Positions 33,928 to 40,776 are shown, counted from the first letter of the stretch. The stretch is 41,983 bases of DNA from Candidatus Levyibacteriota bacterium (GCA_016204425.1 JACQKR010000046.1:1-41983), one strand, 5' to 3'. The notes: generated from the sequence alone by a model not told the origin. Made by a program: numbers and translations.

Positions 33928-34521
33928 TTAAAGCGTCGGCTCGAGGAGCACCCAGTTATGTGACACAGAGGGTTCGGAGCACAGATTGCGGTTAAAGCAG
34001 CAAGGCCTTCTCATGCCTTTGTTGAGTTTTGACAGGGCAACTTCAATATGCTTTTGGCGCGTTTCCGGAGTTTTGACAGCGCGTATCCAGCGAATCCAAT
34101 CCCAGCGTGCAATTGGGGTAATATCCTTCCATAAAGCCTCGGCTTTTGGGGAAGTAGACAGCGCTTTTTTTAGATCATCAGGCACTTCCGGTTCTATCCA
34201 TTCTTTGGTCGGTTCAAGCGAGACCTCTACAGTATCTCCTGCCGTGGCGTGAGCATCATCCAGTAACTTTTTGTCAGGGGCAAACCAGTGACTCGGTTTT
34301 ATTCCTGGTCCATACTTGCCGTCGGGTTCAAGCAAAGTTTTAAAAGGAACACCACCTGCCTTGCTCGCCTCGCGGCGAAGCGGGCCGGCAGGCAGGTTGA
34401 TTGCTCCCTTAACCATTGTCATACCTCTTGACGGAAGCTTTGCGGAAGCACTCTCAGGCAGTCTGAGAATGGTCCATGAGTTGATTTTAGACAGCTTAGC
34501 TTCAAAACGGATTTTCGACAT
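33928..34521 (-). CDS. DUF1905 plus YdeI/OmpD-associated family protein
   Basis: N-terminal FEAKLSKINSWTILRLPESASAKLPSRG (DUF1905-like). C-terminal ARWDWIRWIRAVKTPETRQKHIEVALSKL (YdeI-like). Confidence 0.72.
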   Translation of the reverse strand: MSKIRFEAKLSKINSWTILRLPESASAKLPSRGMTMVKGAINLPAGPLRREASKAGGVPFKTLLEPDGKYGPGIKPSHWFAPDKKLLDDAHATAGDTVEVSLEPTKEWIEPEVPDDLKKALSTSPKAEALWKDITPIARWDWIRWIRAVKTPETRQKHIEVALSKLNKGMRRPCCFNRNLCSEPSVSHNWVLLEPTL

Positions 34522-34566
34522 ATTTCCTTCGACTGGAAGCCATGAGCGAACAAAGTGAATCGAATG

Positions 34567-34639
34567 GGTGGAAGACGGGTGCTGCCCCCGCGACCTTCAG
34601 GTCCACAACCTGATGCTCTACTGTTGAGCTACATCCACC
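34567..34639 (-). tRNA. tRNA-His (anticodon GUG) with G-1:C73 and non-canonical D and T loops
   Basis: rc reads G GTGGATG TA GCTC AACAGTA GAGC A TCAGG TTGTGGA CCTGA AGGTC GCGGG GGCAGCA CCCGT CTTCCAC C. The extra 5' G pairs with C73, which is His identity. The T loop is GGCAGCA instead of TTCRANY, and the D loop has AG instead of GG. Confidence 0.7.
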
Positions 34640-34743
34640 AAATTAACGTAACGCAAAGCTCTCTGGGATGCGCATTTCCGAATCTCTTGAAGCTTCGCTT
34701 CCTGTTGACCCCGCTTTACGGGACCTTCGGGATACATCCACCA
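34640..34743. repeat. Insert between the tRNA-His promoter region and tRNA-His, bounded by an 11-nt direct repeat of the tRNA 5' end
   Basis: TACATCCACCA occurs at 34630-34640 (part of the tRNA) and again at 34733-34743. The interior contains CGAATCT, TTCCTG and the hairpin CCCCGC-TTTA-CGGGAC. A TATACT -10-like hexamer (rc of 34754-34759) lies 10 nt beyond the outer copy. Confidence 0.5.
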
Positions 34744-34849
34744 GGTAATAAAAAGTATACCATATCCGAGGCTGTTTCACTACGTCTCCTCTTTAAAAGC
34801 AACGTGTACAACTTCTTATAACCCCCATAAACTGTCTATTGTATTTTAG

Positions 34850-34871
34850 TTTAATTATTCGAATAATTAAA
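34850..34871. promoter_or_regulatory. Perfect 22-nt palindrome (putative operator) overlapping the TrpR/YerC-like gene promoter
   Basis: TTTAATTATTCGAATAATTAAA is its own reverse complement. It overlaps a putative TTGTAT-18-ATAATT promoter (34839-34868) that places the start at the ATG at 34876. Confidence 0.55.
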
Positions 34872-34875
34872 CTAT

Positions 34876-35333
34876 ATGGGAAGAGTTTCCAGGAGACAAA
34901 TCAACCCTGAAGTTGAGGAACGAATTTATGAAATATTTTTGATTACTTTCGAACATTCAAAAGTCCTTCTGAGGTAAAGGTATTTCTGTTGAGTCTACTT
35001 TCTTTCACTGAACAAACAATGTTGGCCAAGCGTTTAGCGATCGCTGTGCTTTTAGAGAAAGGGTATACATACGACCTAATCGACGAGGTTCTCAAAGTCT
35101 CAAAAGCAACTATTGCCACAGTTCATAAACAATGCATATCAGGCGCACCTGGATACAAGCGGGCAATAACACACATTCTCAATACAGAAAGAAAAGAAAA
35201 TTTATGGAATGAACTTAATCGGCTAATCCTCGCGTTATCTCCACCAAAGTCATATGGTTCGGTATCTTGGGAAAGAAAACGTGGAGCTGGGAAGCGACTC
35301 GCAAAGCGGAAAAGACAACTTACATCTTTGTAA
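34876..35333 (+). CDS. TrpR/YerC-YecD-like small DNA-binding protein, apparently frameshifted at a T5 run
   Basis: Frame 1 from ATG 34876 reads MGRVSRRQINPEVEERIYEIF.. and stops at 34975. The -1 frame, open from 34932, reads ..FDYFRTFKSPSEVKVFLLSLLSFTEQTMLAKRLAIAVLLEKGYTYDLIDEVLKVSKATIATV.. to 35333. The two join cleanly at TTTTT (34936-34940). The ORF track lists only 34989..35333. Confidence 0.62.
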
Positions 35334-35336
35334 TAC

Positions 35337-35358
35337 TTCAATTGTTCGAATAATTGAA
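35337..35358. promoter_or_regulatory. Second, near-perfect copy of the 22-nt palindrome
   Basis: TTCAATTGTTCGAATAATTGAA has one asymmetric position and shares the ATT-TTCGAA-TAATT core with 34850-34871. It lies between the convergent TrpR-like and DUF2905 genes. Confidence 0.45.
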
Positions 35359-35365
35359 CTAATTG

Positions 35366-35569
35366 TTATTTTCGGAAGAAAAAGTGGAGAACGATAGTGA
35401 GGAAAATACTGATCACAACGGAGGTGACGATAGGGAAGTAAAACGTAAAATTGTCACGTTTGATATAAATATCTCCGGGAAGTCTTGGAAGCCCGGAAAT
35501 ATTGCTGAATAAGAATCCAAAGATGATAAGAATTATTCCGGTGGCAATAAGCATTTTCCCTATATCCAT
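35366..35569 (-). CDS. DUF2905 family small membrane protein
   Basis: 67 aa with LPRLPGDIYIKRDNFTFYFPIVTSVVISIFLT, the family signature from memory. Confidence 0.75.
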   Translation of the reverse strand: MDIGKMLIATGIILIIFGFLFSNISGLPRLPGDIYIKRDNFTFYFPIVTSVVISIFLTIVLHFFFRK

Positions 35570-35571
35570 AC

Positions 35572-36240
35572 TTATCCTTCTGCAATTTCCGGCAGGTTTT
35601 TATACGCGAAGAACTTTGCAAAAATGATACCGAAGACGAAGCCGCCGATATGTGCGAAAAACGCAATACCACCTGTCTCACCGGAGAAGGGCAGAGACGC
35701 CGCGCCGGATATGATTTGCAAGAGAAACCAGTATCCGAGCATAAATGATGCACTAATATTTATGACCGTAAAAAAACCAAATAACGGTACAAGCGTTTTT
35801 ATCTTATGGTGTGGGAAGAGCATATAGTACGCACCCAAAACTCCGGCTACTGCCCCTGAGGCGCCGAGCATCGGAATATCGGAATTGGGCATGAAGAAAT
35901 ACTGTGTCAATGCGCCAACGATTCCGGAGCCAAGGTAAAGAATCGGATAGAGCAAGAGGTGCATGTAGCCTTCGACGTTGTCTCCAAAAACCCAGAGAAA
36001 CAACATGTTTGAGATGATATGAAGGAAGCCTCCATGAAGAAATATTGCGGTAATAAAAGGAATAAGTGTTAGCCAATTACTGAAATCGATCTCAGACGGG
36101 ATAAGTGCCCACCGGTAAACAAACGCTTCAGGATCTGGTGTGACATACTGCTGAAAGAACACGTATACTGTGATACCAATAAGCAATATATTAATAAACG
36201 GAAATCTTTGCGATTTTACTGAATCGGAAAGAGGTATCAT
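35572..36240 (-). CDS. Rhomboid family intramembrane serine protease
   Basis: HGGFLHIISNMLFLWVFGDNVE and the GASGAVAGVLGAY (GxSG) motifs, six TM helices. The ATG at 36240 is preferred over the ORF-track 36339. Confidence 0.85.
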   Translation of the reverse strand: MIPLSDSVKSQRFPFINILLIGITVYVFFQQYVTPDPEAFVYRWALIPSEIDFSNWLTLIPFITAIFLHGGFLHIISNMLFLWVFGDNVEGYMHLLLYPILYLGSGIVGALTQYFFMPNSDIPMLGASGAVAGVLGAYYMLFPHHKIKTLVPLFGFFTVINISASFMLGYWFLLQIISGAASLPFSGETGGIAFFAHIGGFVFGIIFAKFFAYKNLPEIAEG

Positions 36241-36304
36241 TAAGACTATTATAAAAAGTAAATGTAAAAATAGTGTAATAATTGTTGAGTTTGCATTGGC
36301 ATTT

Positions 36305-36333
36305 TTGCACTCGATTGATAATATTGGTAAAAT
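36305..36333 (+). promoter_or_regulatory. Sigma70-like promoter TTGCAC-17-TAAAAT for tRNA-Arg(UCU)
   Basis: TTGCAC at 36305-36310, 17-nt spacer, TAAAAT at 36328-36333. The tRNA starts at 36350. Confidence 0.5.
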
Positions 36334-36349
36334 ACACACAGTTGCTTAT

Positions 36350-36422
36350 GCCCCTGTAGCTTAACGGATAGAGCGAGTGCGTTCTAAGCACCAGGTTGGG
36401 GGTTCGATTCCCTCCAGGGGTA
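36350..36422 (+). tRNA. tRNA-Arg (anticodon UCU)
   Basis: GCCCCTG TA GCTT AACGGATA GAGC G AGTGC GTTCTAA GCACC AGGTT GGGGG TTCGATT CCCTC CAGGGGT A. G1-U72 wobble and an A-C mismatch at the top of the anticodon stem. Confidence 0.85.
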
Positions 36423-36498
36423 CCGCGCACCATTCGGTACACGGCTTCGCCACTAAATAGGAAAGTCGTGATTTACAGTAATCTCTCGAAATATAGTT

Positions 36499-36825
36499 GT
36501 GCGCGTGGGATGCACCGACTGGTGCGTCCCATTCCTTACATCTAAGATTTTTTATTATGTCTACGTACTCCACAATTCCCCAAAAAATTTTCTATATGTT
36601 GGTTATTCTGGAGATTTGAAGCAAAGGCTTACTTCGCATAATAACGGTGAGAATAAATCAACAAAAGCATTTGTACCACTTGAACTAATTCACTATGAAG
36701 CATATAGAAATAAAAAAGACGCTAAACGGAGAGAAACTTATCTAAAAACTACAAAAGGAAGAACCACATTACGATCAATGCTTAAAGAATACTTATCAGA
36801 TACGAAAAACCCAAAAAACTTGTGA
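36499..36825 (+). CDS. Small stand-alone GIY-YIG nuclease domain protein (copy 1), immediately 3' of tRNA-Arg
   Basis: YYVYVLHNSPKNFLYVGYSGDLKQRLTSHNNGENKSTKAFVPLELIHYEAYRNKKDAKRRETYLKTTKGR is a complete GIY-YIG core. There is no ATG next to YYVYVL. The only in-frame start is the GTG at 36499, which lies inside a strong hairpin (GGGATGCACC-GACT-GGTGCGTCCC), so the start is uncertain. Confidence 0.8.
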   Translation: MRVGCTDWCVPFLTSKIFYYVYVLHNSPKNFLYVGYSGDLKQRLTSHNNGENKSTKAFVPLELIHYEAYRNKKDAKRRETYLKTTKGRTTLRSMLKEYLSDTKNPKNL

Positions 36826-36875
36826 CTCGAACCTCTCCGGGGCATGCTCTGAGAGATAGCATGGCTATCAAATGT
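36826..36875 (+). repeat. Degenerate tRNA 3'-end echo plus direct-repeat copy A
   Basis: It starts at the GIY-YIG stop codon: TGA-CTCGAACCTCTCCGGGGCA, compared with the tRNA-Arg end TTCGATTCCCTCCAGGGGTA. It continues TGCTCTGAGAGATAGCATGGCTATCAAATGT, and copy B at 37806-37859 shares the blocks CGGGG, GAGAGATAGC and GCTATCAAA. Confidence 0.5.
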
Positions 36876-37389
36876 TTGCTTCATCTAGAATATTTGGTGC
36901 TTGACTCTGACTACTAGACTGTAAGTCAATTGCATTATCTTTCGGCGGTTTGAGAAAGGCATACAAAGGATTATTCTGAACCATTTGCAAGATTTCACCA
37001 GTCGGAATATCAGAATTAAATGCTGCAAGATAAACTACCAGATCATCAAATAGCTTTTGTCTATCAGCAACAACACCCATTGTAATAACGAATAACATCT
37101 CCTTATCTTTTCTATTAAATTCAAATGTGTGGGTCCAAAATCCATCTTCTGGACGACCAACAAGAATCGAGATATTAGGAGATTTTTCTGGGTTCTCGTA
37201 TATATTTTTTCCAGATGAAAGCTCGCCGACTGCTTCATCAAAAGTATCTCTTGGCTTTGTAGGAATTACATCATCACCATCGGGTGATCTAAGTGCTTCT
37301 ACTGTAAATTGCATGCCTTTTGGTACGAGATTATCACCTTGAGTCATAAAGAACCCTTGAGATGCAGCAACAATACCCTCAAGATTCAT
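36868..37389 (-). CDS. Hypothetical acidic protein (second gene of a two-gene cassette)
   Basis: 173-aa ORF with protein-like composition. Its start overlaps the upstream stop (ATGA). No motif recognised. Confidence 0.6.
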   Translation of the reverse strand: MNLEGIVAASQGFFMTQGDNLVPKGMQFTVEALRSPDGDDVIPTKPRDTFDEAVGELSSGKNIYENPEKSPNISILVGRPEDGFWTHTFEFNRKDKEMLFVITMGVVADRQKLFDDLVVYLAAFNSDIPTGEILQMVQNNPLYAFLKPPKDNAIDLQSSSQSQAPNILDEANI

Positions 37390-37646
37390 CTCATCTCCTC
37401 CCTCAATACCTCATTCAATACGTCAATCGAATTGACAACACCTTCATCAATTGACATGGGAATTCTTGCAAATCTTACATTAAGTATTTTTCTAGAGTCT
37501 TTTCCGGTAGAAGTGGCTGTTGCTAATATTCCTTCTATAGAATCAGCTACATCACTCAGTGGCGTTTGTGACAATTCTTTTCCAATGGAGAGCATAAAAC
37601 CATTGCTTATGGGTTCAGGTACCGACATCTCATTTCCTATCGACAT
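37386..37646 (-). CDS. Hypothetical small acidic protein (first gene of a two-gene cassette)
   Basis: 86-aa ORF. The ATG at 37646 lies 6 nt downstream of a TTGAAA-17-TATAAA promoter, so the mRNA looks leaderless. Confidence 0.55.
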   Translation of the reverse strand: MSIGNEMSVPEPISNGFMLSIGKELSQTPLSDVADSIEGILATATSTGKDSRKILNVRFARIPMSIDEGVVNSIDVLNEVLREEMR

Positions 37647-37652
37647 AAAAAC

Positions 37653-37681
37653 TTTATATCACATTTAGACTATCATTTCAA
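37653..37681 (-). promoter_or_regulatory. Sigma70-like promoter TTGAAA-17-TATAAA for the two-gene cassette (leaderless)
   Basis: rc of 37676-37681 is TTGAAA and rc of 37653-37658 is TATAAA, with a 17-nt spacer. The ATG begins 7 nt after the -10. Confidence 0.5.
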
Positions 37682-37805
37682 CTAAAACGTTTAAGACATA
37701 ATATCCAATAAGCTCTTTTAAGAACTCGAACAATCTGGTAAAATAAGTCTAGTTAACAACACGAGTGTACGCACGCATAATTCTATCGATCCAAGCTAGA
37801 AAGTG

Positions 37806-37859
37806 TTCGAATAGAAGTGCATCGGGGGTACTTGGAGAGATAGCGTTGCTATCAAACGT
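37806..37859 (+). repeat. Degenerate tRNA 3'-end echo plus direct-repeat copy B
   Basis: TTCGAATAGAAGTGCATCGGGGGTA followed by CTTGGAGAGATAGCGTTGCTATCAAACGT. The hairpin core is GATAGC-NNN-GCTATC, as in copy A. Confidence 0.45.
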
Positions 37860-37910
37860 ACGAATAGCTCGATATATCGGCTAATCGTATGGTATATAGA
37901 TAATTACATC

Positions 37911-37938
37911 TTGCAATTTATTATCAAATCGTTATAAT
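37911..37938 (+). promoter_or_regulatory. Sigma70-like promoter TTGCAA-16-TATAAT for the toxin-antitoxin operon (leaderless)
   Basis: TTGCAA at 37911-37916, 16-nt spacer, TATAAT at 37933-37938. The ATG at 37947 is 8 nt downstream. Confidence 0.55.
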
Positions 37939-37946
37939 TATAACAT

Positions 37947-38237
37947 ATGCAGAAAACCATTCTTCAAGTTCCATTAAATCAGCAACTCAAAAGCGACGCA
38001 GAGAGAGTAGCCCTATCTCAAGGCTTTTCTTCTCTTCAAGAAGTAGTCAGGGTTTTTTTGACAAAACTCGCGACACAAAAAATTGAAGTGTCATTACAAG
38101 AATCTGTACCCCTCTCTGAAGAGAATGAAATGCGATACCTTCAACTAACGAGAGACTTTCAGAAAGGTAAGAATGTATATTCTGCAAAAAATGCTGACGA
38201 TTTAATAAAACAGCTCAATGAAAGTTCGGTATCATAA
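37947..38237 (+). CDS. Type II antitoxin (RelB/DinJ-like)
   Basis: 96 aa. N-terminal ribbon-helix-helix-like text (ILQVPLNQQLKSDAERVALSQGFSSLQEVVRVFL). It overlaps the toxin gene by 20 nt. Confidence 0.7.
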   Translation: MQKTILQVPLNQQLKSDAERVALSQGFSSLQEVVRVFLTKLATQKIEVSLQESVPLSEENEMRYLQLTRDFQKGKNVYSAKNADDLIKQLNESSVS

Positions 38238-38481
38238 AACGTTTCTTAAGAACTACAAGAAGCGAATTGCCACGAATAAAAGGCTAGAAAGAAAATTTCT
38301 TCAACAACTTGAGCACTTTCTCAAAAATCCAACCAATCCTTCTCTTCGGGATCACAAACTTGTTGGTAAAAAGAGTAGTTACAGAGCGTTCTCTGTCACT
38401 GGAGATATTCGAGTGATTTACAGAACTGTCGAGGGTGAATTGTGGCTTTATGATATTGGCAGCCATAATCAAGTGTATTAA
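38218..38481 (+). CDS. Type II toxin, RelE/YafQ-family mRNA interferase
   Basis: 87 aa with KTFLKNYKK..LRDHKLVGKKSSYRAFSVTGDIRVIY..LYDIGSHNQVY, a typical RelE/StbE/YafQ C-terminal signature. Confidence 0.8.
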   Translation: MKVRYHKTFLKNYKKRIATNKRLERKFLQQLEHFLKNPTNPSLRDHKLVGKKSSYRAFSVTGDIRVIYRTVEGELWLYDIGSHNQVY

Positions 38482-38817
38482 ATCCTACGTACGTTTGGCA
38501 TGATCAATACATGGGATTCGCAGAAGCAGGAGCTGGCAATTGGTCCTTTGTTGGTAATGTCTTTACAAAAATATTTTCTCTTCAATGATCGTTTGCTCTC
38601 TTTAGTTTAGAATGTATTGGATTTTTAATCGGTTTCTTGTTTTCTACAAAGAAAAAATAAGGATTAAACTTTTCTTAATTTATTCTTCCTGGTCAGGTTG
38701 ATATACCATCATCAGCCTGATAAAATGGGCATGAAGCGGTTCAAAATAAGAATCGCCAAATGTAAACATCTCAGCCTCATTGACAAAGCTTCATCGACTT
38801 CGTATAGTAGAGGAGGT

Positions 38818-39819
38818 ATGCTGCACCGATTCTTCTCATATCTTCTCAAAAATCAGGTTGTACTCGTTTTTTTCTTAGTGATCGCGGCGTGGTTTATTTT
38901 TCAAATTCGGGGCATTCTCACCTCAATTTTCATTTCATATATCATCATGGCGGCACTCAATCCGTTTGCGACACAACTTCGAAATAGACGTGTTCCTATG
39001 GTATTGTCTGTTGCTATTCCTTATTTATCAACGATTCTTATTGTCTTTCTCCTCGTTTTTCCGCTTATTCCGTTTATTTTCTCGCAGGTACAATCACTGT
39101 TAACAAGTCTTCCGGTTTTTCTCAATGAGTCGGGAAAAGCATTCGGTTTTAGTATCGATGCCAAACAAATACAGAGCATTGTCGCAAATGAATTGAATAA
39201 CATCGGACGAAATGCGTTTGCTGTTACCAGTGCAGTATTTGGCGGAGTTTTCTCAGTCCTCACGATCCTTATCGTCAGCTTCTATCTCATGCTCTATCAC
39301 GACAAGTTCAAACACCGCGTTGCAGAATTATTTCACAAAGACCTTCATCAAAAGATCTATTCTACATTGACCAGGATAGATTTTAAGCTCGGTGCGTGGT
39401 TACGAGGGCAACTTGTACTAATGGTTTTCATCGGCGTTCTCACCTGGCTTACCCTTACCGCACTTGGCGTCCCCTACGCATTGCCACTTGCGATACTGGC
39501 TGGAATTTTGGAAGTTATACCGACACTTGGACCGACGATTTCGGCAATTCCGGCAGTCATCGTCGCAATAACGATTTCACCATCTCTGGGATTAATTGTC
39601 GCTTTGTCATATTTTGTGATTCAAATGATAGAAAATAATTTCCTCGTGCCAAAGATTATGGAGAAAGCAGTAGGACTTAATCCTGTTTTCGTCATCTTAG
39701 GTGTCATGATAGGAGCAAGTCTTATGGGCATCACAGGTGCATTGTTATCGATTCCATTCTTATCATTTCTGATCGTTCTCTTCAAAAGCATCGCAGACGT
39801 AGAGTCGGAAAAAGTCTAA
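38818..39819 (+). CDS. AI-2E family transporter (PerM/UPF0118)
   Basis: The ATG at 38818 behind AGGAGG is preferred. 7-8 TM helices and LGAWLRGQLVLMVFIGVLTWL..LAILAGILEVIPTLGPTISAIPAVIVA, the family signature. Confidence 0.85.
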   Translation: MLHRFFSYLLKNQVVLVFFLVIAAWFIFQIRGILTSIFISYIIMAALNPFATQLRNRRVPMVLSVAIPYLSTILIVFLLVFPLIPFIFSQVQSLLTSLPVFLNESGKAFGFSIDAKQIQSIVANELNNIGRNAFAVTSAVFGGVFSVLTILIVSFYLMLYHDKFKHRVAELFHKDLHQKIYSTLTRIDFKLGAWLRGQLVLMVFIGVLTWLTLTALGVPYALPLAILAGILEVIPTLGPTISAIPAVIVAITISPSLGLIVALSYFVIQMIENNFLVPKIMEKAVGLNPVFVILGVMIGASLMGITGALLSIPFLSFLIVLFKSIADVESEKV

Positions 39820-40416
39820 TTATCTTTTTGACGTTATAAGCATTGTCCAGGGGAATGGCTGCCTGATTGCATCCACGACAAAATACTTGCTCACCAATTT
39901 TACAAACGCATTCGTTGACCAGTGCTGGATATGTTCAACATCGTTACCCCATCTGCTCAGGTTTTTCCCCCGCAAAAAATTCGAGAGCATAAACCAAGGC
40001 TCATTCGGTACGGAGAGAATGCAGTGCTTTTTTGTTACCCTGGATAATTCTTGCAAACCCTTTTCAGGAGTATCGATGTGTTCCAATACTTCGCAACACA
40101 TCACAAGATCAAATGAGTTATCGGAAAACGGAATGTCATAGATATTGCCTTTCTTGAGGTCTAGGTGAGGACGTTCTTTTTTGCCGATTGTGATTGCCGT
40201 ATCAAGAAAATCGATGCCGACGAGCTTCTTGCCAATCAGTTGTGTATGAAATCGATCGAGCGTGAATCCTTCCCCGCACCCGACATCAAGAATAGACTCC
40301 GGATGAAGCAATCCGGCCTCGTGGAGAAGATTCTTAAAGAAATTATCGATAAGAAACCGTTGAGCGGGATTTGTCGTTGTATGTTTTCTGTAGTTGTCGG
40401 TCGTCATGTGACTCAT
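39820..40416 (-). CDS. Class I SAM-dependent methyltransferase
   Basis: ILDVGCGEGF (motif I), GIDF, FDLVMCCEVLEHI. 198 aa. Confidence 0.8.
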   Translation of the reverse strand: MSHMTTDNYRKHTTTNPAQRFLIDNFFKNLLHEAGLLHPESILDVGCGEGFTLDRFHTQLIGKKLVGIDFLDTAITIGKKERPHLDLKKGNIYDIPFSDNSFDLVMCCEVLEHIDTPEKGLQELSRVTKKHCILSVPNEPWFMLSNFLRGKNLSRWGNDVEHIQHWSTNAFVKLVSKYFVVDAIRQPFPWTMLITSKR

Positions 40417-40422
40417 AGGTAC

Positions 40423-40684
40423 TCAATATGACCTTAATGTGTTTTTAAATGCAATCTTTATCTGATTCCGCCCAAATCCACTCTTTAGAAATACCTCTCT
40501 CGTTTTTGCATCCTTTTCGTCAACAAAATATTCGTAATGGATTAGTTTCAGTGGTCGACGATGCTTTGTTGAGCTCACATCTCCTCGAGCGTGTTCAGAT
40601 AGTCTTTTTTTTTAGATCTGTTGTAAATCCAGTGTAAAATTTTCCGTCTAATAAACTTATAAGTATATAAACGTAATACTTCAT
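40423..40684 (-). pseudogene. Small GIY-YIG nuclease gene (copy 2), 3' of tRNA-Gly, frameshifted in an A9 run
   Basis: From ATG (rc of 40682-40684): MKYYVYILISLLDGKFYTGFTTDLKKK. After a 1-nt shift in the A9 run (T9 on the plus strand, 40605-40613): RLSEHARGDVSSTKHRRPLKLIHYEYFVDEKDAKTREVFLKSGFGRNQIKIAFKNTLRSY*. The 262-nt span equals 87 codons plus 1 nt. It is not in the ORF track as a single ORF. Confidence 0.7.
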
Positions 40685-40716
40685 CAAAAAGTCGAACTTT
40701 TTCGTTTATATATACA

Positions 40717-40743
40717 GTAAAAGGAAGGCAAGTCTGACTTGCC
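40717..40743 (-). terminator. Intrinsic terminator after tRNA-Gly
   Basis: On the minus strand, GGCAAG-TCAGA-CTTGCC is followed by TTCCTTTTAC. Confidence 0.5.
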
Positions 40744-40776
40744 ACCTCGCTAACTCGTAACCGAGTTAGACTCGGG

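Noticed and set aside
34555-34821. 88-aa plus-strand ORF, and similar ORFs at 36191..36442, 36361..36573, 26352..26663 and 26579..26803
   Set aside because: All overlap tRNA genes or their flanks on one strand or the other and have low-complexity, Arg/Pro/Ser-rich text. They are artefacts of GC-rich tRNA sequence.
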